Below, piece by piece: positions 49,948 through 63,891 of a stretch of 64,000 nt of DNA. This DNA is from Marsupella aquatica (taxonomy: Eukaryota; Plantae; Marchantiophyta): NCBI GenBank assembly GCA_973895155.1, contig OZ316896.1, forward strand, positions 16,409,752 to 16,473,751, read 5' to 3'. The notes below the pieces were generated by a model, which made no database searches, was not told the DNA's origin, and saw only the letters and a program-made list of their open reading frames with translations. The position numbers and the translations under genes were made by a program. Position 1 is the stretch's first letter. Every line of letters starts with the position of its first letter.

Positions 49948-51774
49948 GGACTCGTGGTTTTCTCTCCCATCCAGCGCTCACCCAGTTTCTTACAACTGAG
50001 CTCTGTGCACCGTGCTTCGCAAACAGCCTCAAAATGCCAGACTCAAGCAGGACTTGGGTTTCCAGCCAAAAAACAAGCCATCAATTCCACAAGCAACGAT
50101 GGTCGTGACTACTGTGTCGAATGAAGTGAGTTGGAAAAAATCGATTCAGTTGAAGGCCTAAAAGATGAACATCATGCTTCTGTTGTCCTGAAGAAAAGAA
50201 CACTGAATAGAGCTCCTCTTTGTTTGGCGTCCTTCGAACCTACGCGATGCTCTAGTACTTCCAAAACCCAAAATCCCAAAACCCAAACACCCGACTGTAA
50301 ACTTTAGTACTCTACCCAATCGATACGGAGGTATCCTATGATTGGAATTTCTGATAGCAAGGAGACTATTGTTAGCAGTTACTAGTGTGTCTTTCCATTT
50401 TTGTTTACTTTTATATTTCGAAAGCATTTCATCCAAAAGAGAACACCCAAAATTGCGTTTTTGGCTGAACTTTGGTTCACTAGATGTGATGGGGGCCAAA
50501 AATCGCCCCAAAATACTTTGTTTTCAATACTTTGGTTTGGTTCCAATATCTTGTTCCAATACTTTCGTTCCAACACACTGGTATGCTATACTTTGTCTTT
50601 TGTAACTAGACTTCACTTATTTTCATGATGATTTACATTGAGTAGAATAAAGTATTTTCCCCACAGTATTATACATGTACTACAGCATGAGACAAAAAGA
50701 GATGAGAGGGAGCATTTAATGTTTTGTTTCTTTCTAGAGAGTGTTTATTGCTATTGATTCCATTTTATTTCTTCCTTGGGAAAAGGGGTACATATAGCAT
50801 TTTTTGAACAAGGGTTAGTTCTTCTTTCCAAAGATCATAGTGAGAAATTATATTTTCTTTTAATCTTTGGAAACACTTAAGGAAAAGTAGGCTGCAGTTT
50901 GCACTTTATTAGTAAGATTAGAGTAGTTATAAAATTTGCATAAGCTAAGTGGGTTAGGTGGGCTTTTAATTAAAGTAAATACAATATTAGCATTGATTAG
51001 GTATGACATTAATTACAGGTAAGGGCAAGATTAGCATAAAAGGGAAAAAAAATCCATCAGTCTCCTCATTCTCTTTTTTCTTCCTCCTCTCACCTCTCCT
51101 CTCTCTCCTCCTCCCTCTCATTGCCTATTCTTTTGCCTTATTTTTGCCAAAGCAACCTCAAAGGTATTTGTTGGGGCAAGCGATGCCATAGGCATTGTTT
51201 GCAACCCACCATTTGCTTAAGTGGTCGTGGAGGGACGTGCTCGATCATTAGGGTCGTTCATAGATAGATTTGTATCACATTCTTTTGGACTAGTGCGAGT
51301 CTGCTTTAGCTGGCAGTAGCAACGACCTAGTCTTTGCTACAAACCCGCCTAAAGCTACTTTATCTAGTGCATTTGGATGTGACTATCTTTTTTTAGATTA
51401 TATTCTAATACGACCACTTTTGTGACGTATCCTTTGGGAATTCTTGGATACCTTTTTCATGGAAATGTCTTCATTGGAGACAGACTTTGGCCCCATGATG
51501 TGATGGAGTATCTTCGGTGTGTACGATGCTTGTTGAACCAAACACCTGCCCATTTTCTTCTAGACAATGAGTGATCGCAAAATGTTTGTAGTGACTGTAA
51601 GGGATTGTCGAGCAACAGTCTCATATGGCACTGTAAACTTGGAAAACATTCAAAACCAAGGTGGGATCTCCAATTCCCAAGGGATTCATGCTATGTTTGT
51701 GTTGAAGCTGCTAGCCCACAACGCATGAGAGATGAATATTCTAAACGACGTTGGGCACCAACTCACACTATCCC

Positions 51775-52160
51775 AGAGGACAGTGTGGTGCAACATGTGG
51801 CAGCCAATCATGGTGTGGAGGTCACAGTGGATTTATCACCAATTTTGGAGAGAGTAGGGCATGCAAGAATAGAAAAATATGCCCACCAAGTGTGGCAGTG
51901 CAAGTTGAAGATGTACGCTTGCAACTGATATTTGATGATATCCAGGTGGCTGCACGTTATGCGTCCACCATTCTAGAGGACAATGTAGTGCAATATGTGG
52001 CAATCAATCATGGTGAGGGGGTCACAATGGATTTATCACCAATTTTGGAGAGAATAGGGCATGCAAGAATAGAAAAAATACGTCCGCCAAGTATGGCAGT
52101 GCAAGCTGAAGATGTACGCTTGCAACTGATATTTGATGATATCCAGGTGACTGCACGTGG
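51775..52160 (+). repeat. Tandem duplication, ~200 bp x2, in the Helitron ORF 5' region
   Basis: 'agaggaca.tgt.gtgcaa.atgtggca..caatcatggtg...ggatttatcaccaattttggagaga...gatgatatccaggtg' at 51775 and 51975. Confidence 0.9.
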
Positions 52161-52169
52161 TCCTTCAGA

Positions 52170-52640
52170 ATGTTGTAATACAAAATAGTGTCAATGCAAC
52201 TACTAACAAGTGAAAGCAGTGCATTTTTTTGATAACGGTCGGGCATCTTGCAAGGAATATCTAGCTAAGAGAATGGAAGCTCGGCCCAAAAGTAAGCAAC
52301 ATGTTGAAGTGGAGAATCTTGAAGAGAATATGCAAAATATGCAAGCTCGTAATACAAAACGGTGTCAGGGCAAATGTAAACAAGTGAAGGCATTGCATGC
52401 TTTTGATGATGGTCGAGCATCTTGTAAGAAGTGTCTGGCTAAGAAAAGTGAAGCTTATCAAAAAGGAAAGCAATGCATGGAAGTGGAGAATCTTGAAGAA
52501 AATATGCAAAATATTCAAGCTTGTAATACAAAGCGGTGTCTGGGCAGATGTAAACAAGTGAAGGCATTGGATGTTTTTGATGATGGTCAAGCATCTTGTA
52601 AGGCATGTTTGGCTAAGAGAAGGGAAACTTATCAAAAGGA
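52170..52640 (+). repeat. 174-nt (58-aa) repeat x~3 encoding C-x3-C-x15-C-x2-C putative zinc fingers
   Basis: 'caagtgaa.gca.tg.at' recurs at 174-nt spacing (GTG at 52210, 52384, 52558). Peptide KRCQGKCKQVKALHAFDDGRASCKKCLAK. Confidence 0.85.
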
Positions 52641-53858
52641 AAACAATGCATTGGAGAGGAGGATGTGCAAAATTTGCAAGCTCAATTTGAGAGTGAATTT
52701 CCTTTGTTTGAGCCCATTGGTATGAATGAAGAGGTCTTGGAGGGTCTTTTAGATGAACCAGCATTATGCAAAGAAACTTGTGCATTATTGCTTAGCTTTC
52801 GCAAGGCAATACAAAAAATTAAAATAGAATATTGCCCAATTTGTGATGAACAATAGTTTGAGATTGATGTGAAGGAGAAAGATAACGTCTATGGGTGCAG
52901 ATGTTGTCAAGAAGATACAAATGAAGTGAAGAAGTTTAGTGCTAAAAATGTTCTGTGACCATGTCATTTTCCAATAGGTGTGGGGCTACCAAAGTTGACC
53001 CAATTGGAGGAACAATGCATATCCCCAGTGCATGTTGTCATGCAATTGCGAAAAGTGAAAGGGTTGCAATATGCAGCTTATAGCTTGCATATTTTCAATG
53101 TATTCCAAAATTGGTTGAAGTTTTTCAGTGTCTTGCCATTGCTTCCAAGCAATCTTGATGTTATTCTTCTTAAACCTAGAAGTCATGCCACAAAAGAAAA
53201 TCCTCCAAAAATGGTACAATCTTCAAATGAGTTTTGAGTGAGACAAGGGGCTATCATGGTTTGGTTGACATATCTTTCAGAGCACCACCATTCTTTCAAA
53301 CAAGATGCCAATGGATGGATCAAAATCTCCCAAGAATCTCTAAATCTTCTATCGGAGGATGCATGTGTTTCAAATGGATACATTGCAAAGCATTGAGGAG
53401 ACTAAGTAACAATAGATGTTGTTGATTACAATGAAAATAAAATATTGAATGATTGTGCATTGGAGCCAACCTTGCTTGCAAGATCTTGCATGATTCCTAA
53501 TCTTGGTACAAAAATCTCGAAAGAATATCGTACATGGACTAGATTTCAGCAAGACCAACAGGGTGAGCTAATATCCATGCTCGTATTGAGATCACAAAGA
53601 GTGGATGAGTTTGAGAATTCTCAATATATCACAAATGCTTTTCCTACCCTATTTCCAGATGGGGAGTGTGATTTGAAATCTCAACGACCACATAGTGTGA
53701 TTGCACATGAGTATTTCAAACATTTGATACAACTTCAAGATCCATGATTTCTCAACACCCTCAATTTTGTTGGTTTGCTGCCAATTCAATATTTAGATGG
53801 CAAGCAAAAAGTGATGGAGCCTTCTATGCCAAATTTTGTGATCAAAATGAAATGCAAA

Positions 53859-54637
53859 CACTACTACCAATCGTGTATTTTTTAAGCTTTGAGAGTGAAG
53901 AATCAACCACTGGCTGTACCTCAACAACTTCTTGGGTCTCTTCTATTGCTGGGCTTCCAACACCTGGAAAATCTCAAAGCATCCACATCAAATTAGCAAA
54001 AATGTAGTGTCTTGCATGACAGGCATAATAGATATTTTGAGGCATGCCAATGAAGCTAAGAATACCATATCAAAATTACTTTAAAACTTTGGTTTCAAAT
54101 ACCTTGTTTGTCCAATCCTAAGTCCTCGGGTAGGTCACACGCAATTGCATCCTCTGTCCCATCCTCTCTAGTAACAACATCCTCTACAGTAACAACAGAA
54201 ATCATAGATGCAAACAAATTCTGAACAGGCATAGTTGAACGAGGATTAGGAATATTTTGCACTACATGTGTTTGGGCTGCATATTCTTCATCCAATCAAG
54301 TAGTGCATCAAGCTTTGACTCTGTTGCACGTCAAAATGATTCAAGCTCTTCCTTGTTGGCAGCTTGTGCCTCCTGAAGTACAATAAGGCAATCTTTTGCA
54401 CCTGAATTGGAGGCCTATGAGCAAGCATTGTAAATTAGTTATTAGCATAAATATAATATGTTTAGAATCATCTCAACTTGTTGTGCAAGCAGGAAACTAA
54501 ATAAACGTGAAAGTTTGGACTAAATTTTTTTACTCATACAGGCTTGCTACAAGGCAGAGTACTTCTCCCAACATAAGCCCTTGTTGTCATCTTTGGTGCT
54601 CGGGCATAGTCATTAATTTCATCAAATGTTGGACTGT
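53859..54637 (-). mobile_element. Probable older CACTA element end (TIR CACTACTACC) with degenerate TnpA-like exons
   Basis: CACTAC begins exactly where Helitron homology stops. Minus-strand exon-like coiled-coil fragments (54095-54420) resemble in character the C-terminal TnpA-like exons at 59676-59970. Confidence 0.5.
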
Positions 54638-57600
54638 TGTCGGATGCCAAATTAGGTAGTAGTTTTAACTAAAGTTTAAAATGGACTAACTATAGTTAGA
54701 AGTAACCCCAGTTAGAAGTAGATTTAAGGTTAAAGTAAGTAAACTGATGCACAATGGGTCAAGGAGATTAAGTAGGGATAGTTAGGAAGGTCTTAGTTAA
54801 AGTCTAGTTGAATTAGGATAGGTTAGGAAATCTCAAGAAGTAAAAGTAGAAAGTGACAAATGGTCTACTCTGTAGAATTATAGAAAAGTCTCCAAATAGA
54901 GTTAGACCTGGAAATCCAGTAAGTAGATAGTCTTAGGTTCAAGGGACACACTGGCAAAATTTCAGACAAAACGGAGGGCAGGGCACAATGCTGGAGATTT
55001 ATGAAACTGGAGCTTTGTTATAAGTACACTTAAGACGGGATACCATAGAAGTAGGGGCGAGTTCTGAACTGTACAAAGCAAGTAGTGCTACGGAAGTTTG
55101 TCTAGGAGCCAGGTGTCATCATGGGAGTCCTTCTCATAAGGATACAAAATGCAGGGACAATCTACGTAGAAGCCAAGGAAGGAGCAGCAACAATCAGGCA
55201 GAAATTCAAGGGTGTAATTAAGGGAAACGAACATCCTTCTATAAGGACAATGTGAATTGACTCGGGAGAAGCGGAGGAACCACAGAAATTGCCTGAAGGT
55301 AAGGCATGAATTAAATTGAGCTACCGGGAGAAACTCTGTGGTGTTGGAAGGAACTCTTGGGATAAGAAAATCTCATCTCCCGGGCAATCTAGTGGTGGCA
55401 AAAGATTCAATTTCGTGCCGCTGCAATTGAAGCTTGGTTGCTAATGGGGAAATTGTTGGTAATTGCCTGAAGCTTTGTATTGTTGGAGTCCGCTGCTGGG
55501 GAACTCGCTGCTGAAGAGAGTGGTGTTGTGCTGCCATTGAACTCGTTATGGTTGCTGCGCTATTGAGAAGTCCTGGTCCTACTTCACTAAAGCTTGATGC
55601 TGCTAAAGAAAATTTGATCCTACTACTCGTTGCTACTTGAACTTGAAGCTGCTATCCTGGACTTGTTGCTGCGGATTGGAAGCAACCTTACTGCTGGCTC
55701 AAAGCTATTGGAAGATTGAATGCTGCCCTGATGCTGAGGATAGTTTAGTGCTATGAGAAGCTCGATGCTGGAGCTTCATGCTGCTGATTAGTCAAAGCTC
55801 TGATAGGAGAAGCTCTAATCAAGAAATTACTGCTGAGCTCTTTGTTGCTAAGCTATGGAGAGCCACTGCTACAGCTAAGATTAGCTGAAAAGCTACACTG
55901 CAGGATAGAGCTGACTCGTTGCAGCTTAGTGCTGTTGAAGGAAATCAAATAGAGCTGGCTAAGTAAGGTTGTTGTTGAATAAGAGAAGCTACGTTGCTTC
56001 TATGCTGAGAATTGTGGATAGAGCATACTGCTGCGAGCTTCTCAATAAGCTGCTGGAGCAACTTCGTGCTGCTGAGTAGCTATGGAGAAGTAGAGCTTGG
56101 GAGCTAGGCTGATAGAAGTCAATATTGCAGAGGTGAGCTTGCTGATTTATGAGCTATGGAGTAGCTGCCAAGGAGAGCATGAAGCAGTAGCACTTCGCCA
56201 CTGCTCGCGACTTGTGAAGGGAGGAGAAAAAAATTTGCATTTCGCGAGTAGTCTTCGCGAAAGGAGGAAAAGGGGGTGGTCTTTGCCAAAACTTACCTGG
56301 TAGTTGGCGGCTGGGCTTGAACTCGCAACCTGCTGTTTGCTAGGGACTTCATTCGGGATACCAAAGGAGCGTTCTTAGCTCTTTGTTTAAGGAGTTCGTA
56401 GCAACTCTACTTAAGCTTGCGGCAGCAATCGGTTCTGAGCCGTTTGAAGGACTTTGAGGCCGGGTCTAGGCCAGCAGGGGTGCCTCGACTTCATGGAGGT
56501 CCGGAAAACCATTTTTTTATCCCAATAGGATATGCTAAGGAGTTTTCATGAAGGCTTGAAAACCACTATTTGTAATAAGTTGTCGGGCTATTATGAAGCC
56601 CAACACTTGAGGGGTGCTGGTATACGATGAGGTGTTGCTAGATAGCTCGGCCTTGCACTCGCACAGTAGCCATAGAATAACTACTAATGCCAGCATTCTA
56701 GTTGGAACCAACTCAAGCGGTAGTTGTACTATTCGGGTAAGTTTACAACTGTGTAAAAGCTGACTTGTACTTCTGTGGTAACCCGAGTCTCAGCGGCAAA
56801 ACCCGAGACTCAATGGTAATCCAAAACTCAGTGACATATTAACCCTCAGTTGTAGGCCAAACTTGGGGTTGTTACCGTGAGAAATATTGTGTTCCAGTTA
56901 GTTTACAACTCACGCGGTTAGTTGTAAGAGTTACCGAAGGGGGTACCCTGGTTACTCGTCTCGCCGAGAGGTTGCCGCTGTTCAGGTCTTGTGTGGAAAC
57001 CTGAGTACTGGTTGTAGTTAAGTTAACCTGCAGTAAAATAGAGATTTAACCGGGGTTAAACTTTAGCAAGAAAGTAGTAAGTTTGCCGTAACTACTAACC
57101 TGAGTTAGCACCTTAGGCTTGGTTTGGTTTGGCGTGGGTTTGGTTTGGAGCCCTGAGGTGTGGAAATAAAGAGGAGAAGCAGGGGGCTGTCTCCTCACTT
57201 GTTTAGTTGTCCACTTTCTTAGAGGCTGGGAGCTTGGGGTTGGGCTCTTCCTTGGAGAGCAGCAGCATGAGCTTGAGGCACTAGGAAGGGGGAACAGTGA
57301 ACTAGTCCACTAGGTAGGCAGCAAGGAGAAGGTCAAGGGAGGTGTTGTGATCTGAACTTGTTTCTATTCTCTCTAGTAAAGACTTGCGTGTAACCCTCAG
57401 TCTTGAAGCAACTGTCTAGTGAGATGTTGAACCAGTGAGCATGTATGTGGACTCAGGTGTGATTTGATACCGGAGAGGTGAAGCTTGAAGCTTGAGATGA
57501 GAGCAGGGTCAGCACTTGTCTTGTTGGGATAGCAAGTGGTAATCCTGTAGTTCTTTGTGAAGGAAACAGGGTACTCTCTTGGGTGACGGTTATGTAAGGA

Positions 57601-57899
57601 ATCTGCGGGGACAGCTTGTGGGTGTCCACTGCCCGTGTTGAGATCGGGAGTGGGGTGTTGGGAGTGTTTTCCAGTGGGAGAGCAGGGGAGTGATAACCAC
57701 CCTTCAAGGTTATCTTTCCAGCGGTGGAAGTAAAATTACCCAGTTGGGTGTGTGAGTGAAGAAGAAGAGAGAGATTAAGGGAAAGTGACCTACTGTCCTG
57801 CTATTCGCCCATCCTAGGAACCCGGACAACGATAAGAAGGGGCAATAGTGGTAGATTTAACTCTAGTGAAGAGTTAAGCCCCATTGCAAGGTGTTGACA
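54638..57899 (+). mobile_element. ~3.3-kb 5' LTR of an Athila/Tat-like Ty3/gypsy retrotransposon
   Basis: Begins TGTCGG and ends TTGACA (TG...CA, TGTC/GACA inverted termini), immediately followed by a tRNA primer-binding site. No long ORFs. The left boundary is inferred. Confidence 0.7.
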
Positions 57900-57906
57900 C
57901 TTGTTT

Positions 57907-57924
57907 TGGCGCTGCTGCCGGGGA
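57907..57924 (+). promoter_or_regulatory. Primer-binding site complementary to tRNA-Asp 3' end
   Basis: TGGCGCTGCTGCCGGGGA matches the Athila-type PBS TGGCGCCGTTGCCGGGGA at 16/18. Confidence 0.8.
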
Positions 57925-58811
57925 TCAAACTAAGTCTAAGTGAGCTCAGACTAGTGGACCTGTGAGAGGAGGACAGAGCGAGAGGTCTATGGGATGCCGA
58001 GGAGATTTCTGTATCATAATCCACTAGTGGTGGAAAACAATCGTGTGCTATACTGGAAGAGGAGAAACCAGAAGGCTTTGGTTGAAAGGCACAACTGGTT
58101 TACTATTGTAACTTTCTATGGAGACCATTTCCTAGCAGTATTGTTTATCATTGGTAGGAGGAGAGTATTTATTGTTGTTGGTCATCTTAAACCCTCTGGA
58201 CAGAGCAGAGCTAGAGTGATTGAGTGAGTAACATAGTATGAGGATTAGATAGACATATGACAATGTGGAAGTAGCAAAAATTAAGACAGTCTACCGTTTC
58301 AGATCTCGCAACCGCACTAGTAGAAATACCCCCTATTTTTTACCATAAAATACGACTAACTATGACTAAAACCGGTCATGTATGACTGAAAATCACTGAC
58401 ATCGTTCTTGCAACTAGTAGTCATAAAAGTGGTGACTTGGATTAACTTAGTCATATTATTGACTAGTGTCATTAGTCATTTTAGTGACTAGAGGGTCAAG
58501 TATTTGGAACCATACATCAGTCAAACATAAGTGTTTCTAGAATGACTTAGTTCGAGTCATATGGGGTTTTCCGTGAGTGATTGATAACACTCAATTGACC
58601 GCACTAGTTTCCGTAGACAATGCTGTCATTCATAGTCGAGACTGAGTCATTAATGTCACAAAAGCACCAATCCAACTAACAATGGCACGATAATAACTCA
58701 AAATATGAGCAATCCATAAAAAAAGAGTATTACCCAACATCATGTACTCCAAATTGTGGTCATATATTGAAACAATCCTTCACATTTTGAGTCTCAAATT
58801 GTATTTGGTAC

Positions 58812-61770
58812 CTAACACTCTACAAATTTCTCAGGCCACATCACAAATGATTCCACAGCATCCACAAGATGGATGTGTGGCGGATCATCTCCCTTGTTTG
58901 GAAAGGGTAGAAGATATTTGGGCTTACTGACAGCAATCAACAACAGCACAACATGATCAGCAAGTACCTTCTTTCCATGGAAAGTACTTGCTTCAATTTG
59001 AAGTATGCCTTGCCCACCACAAACACCAGAATTATCAGTTGCCATTAGCCTAGAAGACTGTGCTACAATGCTCACTGTTGTCCCTTTTGGAGAAGTGTTA
59101 TTCCTCTTCTTCTTTGGTGCCTTGTAAGGCAAAGTCTCCTTCCCACTGTTTCTGGTCCTCATCTTTCCCATGTTCATCAGTGGTGGGGATTGAGAAAACT
59201 CATCTCCAATACCTGGGGGAGGCTGAGAGTCTATGAAAATCACATCATTGTCATCACTCTGCTTCTCCTGTGAATCTGAAAATTTGGTAGCCTCTAAGTT
59301 TCGTCTCCTCTTCCTGCCTGCTGGATTTGGTATGCGCACCTCCTCCTGTGCTGGCTCTGTACCTCAATAGTAGCCACAAATTCCTTCATTTACAACTAAG
59401 CATATAGGCACTAAAGCTGTCAACAAACCATCAAGTTTGCACTAATTGAACATACATGGCATAGATACTCAACCACATTAACAGGCCAGACAGAGTCTTC
59501 AAACCAACATTTACTTACTCTCAATGACAGTTGTACCAGGTTCGATGATCTTTGGATCTGCTGCAACCACTGCAATCTGATCACCTGATACACAATGTAA
59601 CAAACCTTCAGGGTCTAGAACCTGAACCTGAACCATCCTGCATCCATGAACCTCAAATTCCTAGGTAAAGTCACACTACACTAAACATGATTTCAGATGA
59701 CACGTACCACTCTTCTTTGTGGGCACAACTTTCACAATATTTGCAGGCTCTTCATATGGATGTGCAATTGGGTGCTCAACCCTGCCAGCAATGTGCATCG
59801 CCCGCAACTCACGTAGTTCAGCTTGTACTTCCCTTAAGGTTGATCCTTGGCTTTGAAGAAGACTAGCTATGTCCTTGAATTGACTCTTCATCTCAGTCTC
59901 TACTGATGGCCAAGCGTTCTCCACAGTCTTCAACCGGTCTGATATCTCTGTAAGGGTAGACACTGCTCCCTGCTATATATCACATACACCAACCAAACGG
60001 CTCTTCTCAGCAATTTTACAATTGCATAAGGGCTAACAGTATTGTACATCTGAAGAAGGACTGTATAACAGATTGTCCATCAATAATGCTCCTAAATTAC
60101 CTGTTTAGATCCAATGCTGCCTTCATCACACTTTACCCTTTTGATTTCTGCCACAACCTCCTCTTTTGTGGGTTTCTCTCCAGTAAGCTTTTTCTGGAGC
60201 ACATAAACATTGCAAGACACGTTTCTCAATGTCAATCTTGCCTAAACGTAGCGTGCTGCTACAACTACATACAGTCCACTCAAATATTGAAATGTAAATA
60301 AAGATATGTATGGCATGGGAACCCAACCAATTTGGCTACTACTGGTGCATGTCCTCCCCTCCCTGTAAGCGTAGGATTCTTCACTGCATTTCTAGCAGCA
60401 ATCATTTGTGCAGACTTCTCCTGTCCTGCCCTAGACAGGAATGTCCCTCTCAGTCGAGCCCATTGTTCTACATGAACACTTGGGGGTGCTTCAGCATGTG
60501 GTTTACTGCCATCAGCAATCCATGCTTTGTGCAATCGATGCCTCTTTGTTTTCATGATAGTTCGTCCATACTCTGCAAGACAATCAGCACTGACCCCTTT
60601 CCCAGAATTCCCCAAATATTCCCACTTGTCTCGCATATATTTGCAAACCAGTTCCCAGTCAGATGGATGTTGACAATTAAAGTTAGTACAACTAATGTCC
60701 AACCACCGTAGACACTCCATTCGCAAGTCATTGTGCCATCTATTCTTTCCAGCACTCATCGTTGTGATCTGGCCTTCATCATCAACTTCAACAGTACCCA
60801 GCTTCACATTCTCACCTCTCCCAGTGCTCCCTGACGCACTACTTGGTGTTGCAAATCCAGGAGTTGCTCTCCCATGGCCTGAGCGGGGTGTGATAGGGTT
60901 ATCTGAAAAGAGAAACGCAATTAACACCATTAATATCATATGGTCTCTATGAACTACCTGATTTCAATACTTTACTTAGAACTGCTGTAGAAAATACCTC
61001 CTCCCCTCCGCAGACTCTGTGTCGGTTGGACTGAAGGTGCTGGTGCTGGTGCTGGTGCTGGGTTCCCACCATACCCACCATAACCTTGCCATCCTCTCGC
61101 CATTGGGAGAGGACCTCCCATGAATTGCCCCGATGGCCCCATTGACCCTCCTTCATACATATTTGTGGGCTGCATACGGTCCCACATTGGGTCTGCCATT
61201 CACATCAGACCAGGCAAATTGTCATACTCAGACCCACATCTATTGAGGAACACAATCAGCCAATTTGAGCTCAAAATACACTTGTCCACATGAAACAAAT
61301 TAAAATGTTCACACTTACTTGGCCAACTTGGACCCATATAGCTGGTAGAAGGGCCTACACCCATAGACCCGCCATAGTTATTGCCCCCCTGTCGTGCTTG
61401 TGGCCAGTTATAGTTGGGGCCCGCATTAAATTGGGGGTTATTGCAATTGCTGTTGCTTGGGGCTTGGGCTGAGTATACAGAGGGCGTCGGTCGAGATCTC
61501 ATAGAAGTTCCCCCAGTTGCCTTACTGCAAGCAGGCTTTGGCATGTCATCATCCTCTGACATGCTAGCACTTGCATTCGGATCTTGGTCAGGATCATATT
61601 CTGTATCACCAACATCAGGCATGCAATCCTCTACCTCATTCTTATCAGGAGATTCAGCCATTGAAATAGGGGTCTTTGAAGTCAACCTCTCACTGCGTCG
61701 CCTAGGTCCGTCAGGATTACAGAAGGTCTTCCGTCTACACTGACTCCGCTTCGACAGTGTTGGGATACTT
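58812..61770 (-). CDS. CACTA TnpA/PttA-like second gene, multi-exon; exon limits approximate
   Basis: A series of GT-AG-bounded minus-strand exons. ORF 60280..60939 has a Transposase_24-like 'PP.V..EQW..L...F.S......S.....AR.......GRGG' motif. Confidence 0.7.
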
Positions 61771-62124
61771 TTGTTACTGCAACACCCACATGAAATTCGA
61801 CACAGGTTATGTATGTAGTAGTCCATTACAGAAGCTACACAATGAACAAACGCACACAACGAGATACACATACAGCTCATACTATGCACAGTCCCTTACA
61901 TATCCGAAATAGCCTCTTGCACATCACCCAACAGGGCTGCGGCACATTGGCGAACCCATGCTCGATGTTTCACAGCCTGCTTCTCATACTCACACATGCC
62001 ATTTTCGTCTGGCATCCTACTCACCAAGTTACTGTGGTTGCACAAACAAGTCATCCATTTATTGCTCATACTTGCTACTCATTGCACTTCAAAGAGTCAC
62101 CTACTCACAACAAAACAAATCCAA

Positions 62125-63891
62125 CTACTCATCATCTTCGTCCATGTCAGCTTCAACCTCTCCCTCATAAGTCTGTCTCACTGTCAAGGGGATGTACTCC
62201 CTGGTCCCCTGGCCCCGATGTACAACGTCTACTGCCGGCTGTTCAAAGGCCCCATGTGCATCCAAACTGAACTCTATTTTAGTACCCTCCATCCTTCGAA
62301 CTCTAGGTGAGCTATGGCAGACTACACGCCAACCACGAGACTCCTCCACATCTAAAAAAAATACTTGCTCCACTTGACTTGGGAACACAAAAGGCTCCAT
62401 CCATTCTGCCAGTCTTTGGTTAAAATTGACCATTAGAAAGCCATCCATATCCCGTTTCATGGTCGCTCTTGGCCCATGCCAATCTGGCTTCACCCATGAA
62501 CCTTTCATTAGGATGATTTGTTGTGATGTGTTCCCATAATTCAGTGCCCAGATGTCTGCCAACTCCCCAACATATCCCATCTCCATCCAGCCCCTGTTGC
62601 TCTGAGCATCTATATGCTCAAACACAGATATTACCCCCGAATTATATGTCACTAAATGCTTGTCCTCATCATCATGCACACGGTACTGATTCCCATATGC
62701 TTTCATCCGTTTATACCGCTGTACAATACGTCTGGGAGGCACAGACAAGAGGAGAACATCTCTATCCATGTTTGGGTTCTGCCTGCTATGCTCTCGAATT
62801 GTTGTCCTGATCCACTCAGGAAAAGTAGGGAATGCCTGGTGATTTAACCCTAATTGGGCGGCCTTCTGCACATTGTATTCCCTGCATGATGACAATGAGA
62901 ACAATTTCTCAATACAATGTACATATCCTACCAAAATGGATATGAATAAAGAAGGAATGCAAGGAGGGTGCGGAAACATGAGTACTCACTGCCACCAAGG
63001 TTGCATCATGACTGTATTGTGTAAGACATATAAGTGTGCTGCATCACGAACTTCTGCAGACAATTGCAAGGAAGTAAAAGCGCCTTGAAGAACCTCTCCA
63101 GCCACCCCCTCTTCTTCCTTAGCATCCCACACCCTGCTCCTAACATTGTCTACACCAGCCATGTACTTTGTAAGGAACCCCAAGGTCTCTTCTTGAATGT
63201 AACCGAGAGCCATGCTTGCTTCAGGCCTATAATAAGTACGTACATGGCCTTTTAGCAACTTCATGTACCGTTCCATTGGATACATCCACCTTGTACTCAC
63301 TGGGCCGTAGTGGCCCAGATCTTCAACCGCATGGATGATCAAATGAGTCATGACATCAAAAAATGCTGGCGGGAAATAAATCTCCAAGTCACAAAGCACA
63401 CGCATAGTATCTGCCTTTAACTGAGGAAATGTTGTAGGGTCCCACACCTTCACACAAATACGACGAAAGATCTGACACAGTCTCAAAATGACATTGCGAA
63501 CTGGTTTTTGCATCAATCCCCTCAGACATACTGGTAGAATGTCTTGCATCATAACATGGAAGTCATGAGTTTTCATGCTTCCCAACTTCTTCTTCCTTAT
63601 ATGCTTTGCAAAGGCTCCAGCGTACCCAGAGGGTACTCTGAACGAACTCAGCCTAGACAAAATTGTGTTCCACTCGTTCTGGGTGCAAACATATGGAGCT
63701 TGGTACTTGAAAACCACACCCGGCCTATTCTGGGATTCTTGCAGCCAAAGTTGAGGACGAATGCCCTTCTCCTGAAGGTCCTTTCGTACTGCTGCAGTAT
63801 CGTTGTCCCCCGATAGAAACTTCAAAAGACTTTCGCATACATTCTTCTCAATGTGCATAACATCAATGTTATGTTTGCTTGGCTCAAAATC
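62125..63891 (-). CDS. CACTA TnpD transposase C-terminal exons (DUF4218 + DUF4216 regions), 5'-partial
   Basis: Exons ~63891-62990 and 62881-62125 carry HNIDVMHIEKNVCES, VPSGYA, MKTHDFHV.MQ, LEIYFPPAFFDVMTHL.IH, GPV..RWMYPMERYM..LK and EPFVFPSQVEQVFF. Confidence 0.9.

Larger units (their letters stand above)
51567..53858 (+). mobile_element. Decayed Helitron (Helitron2/Helentron-type) RepHel 5' region
   Basis: DUF6570-like 'LPKLTQLEEQCIS.V......G.QY..Y..H....QN....LPLLPSNLDVILLKP' (52980-53200). Helitron_like_N-like 'DEFENSQYITNAFPTLFPDG..D....R......EYFKHL' and 'QHPQF.WFA.N...R.QA' (53560-53830). Many stops and frameshifts. Confidence 0.75.

Noticed and set aside
50250-50580. Short repeated motifs (cccaaaa, ttccaata) upstream of WRAP53
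   Set aside because: Could be a transposon end, but no matching second terminus or TSD was found.
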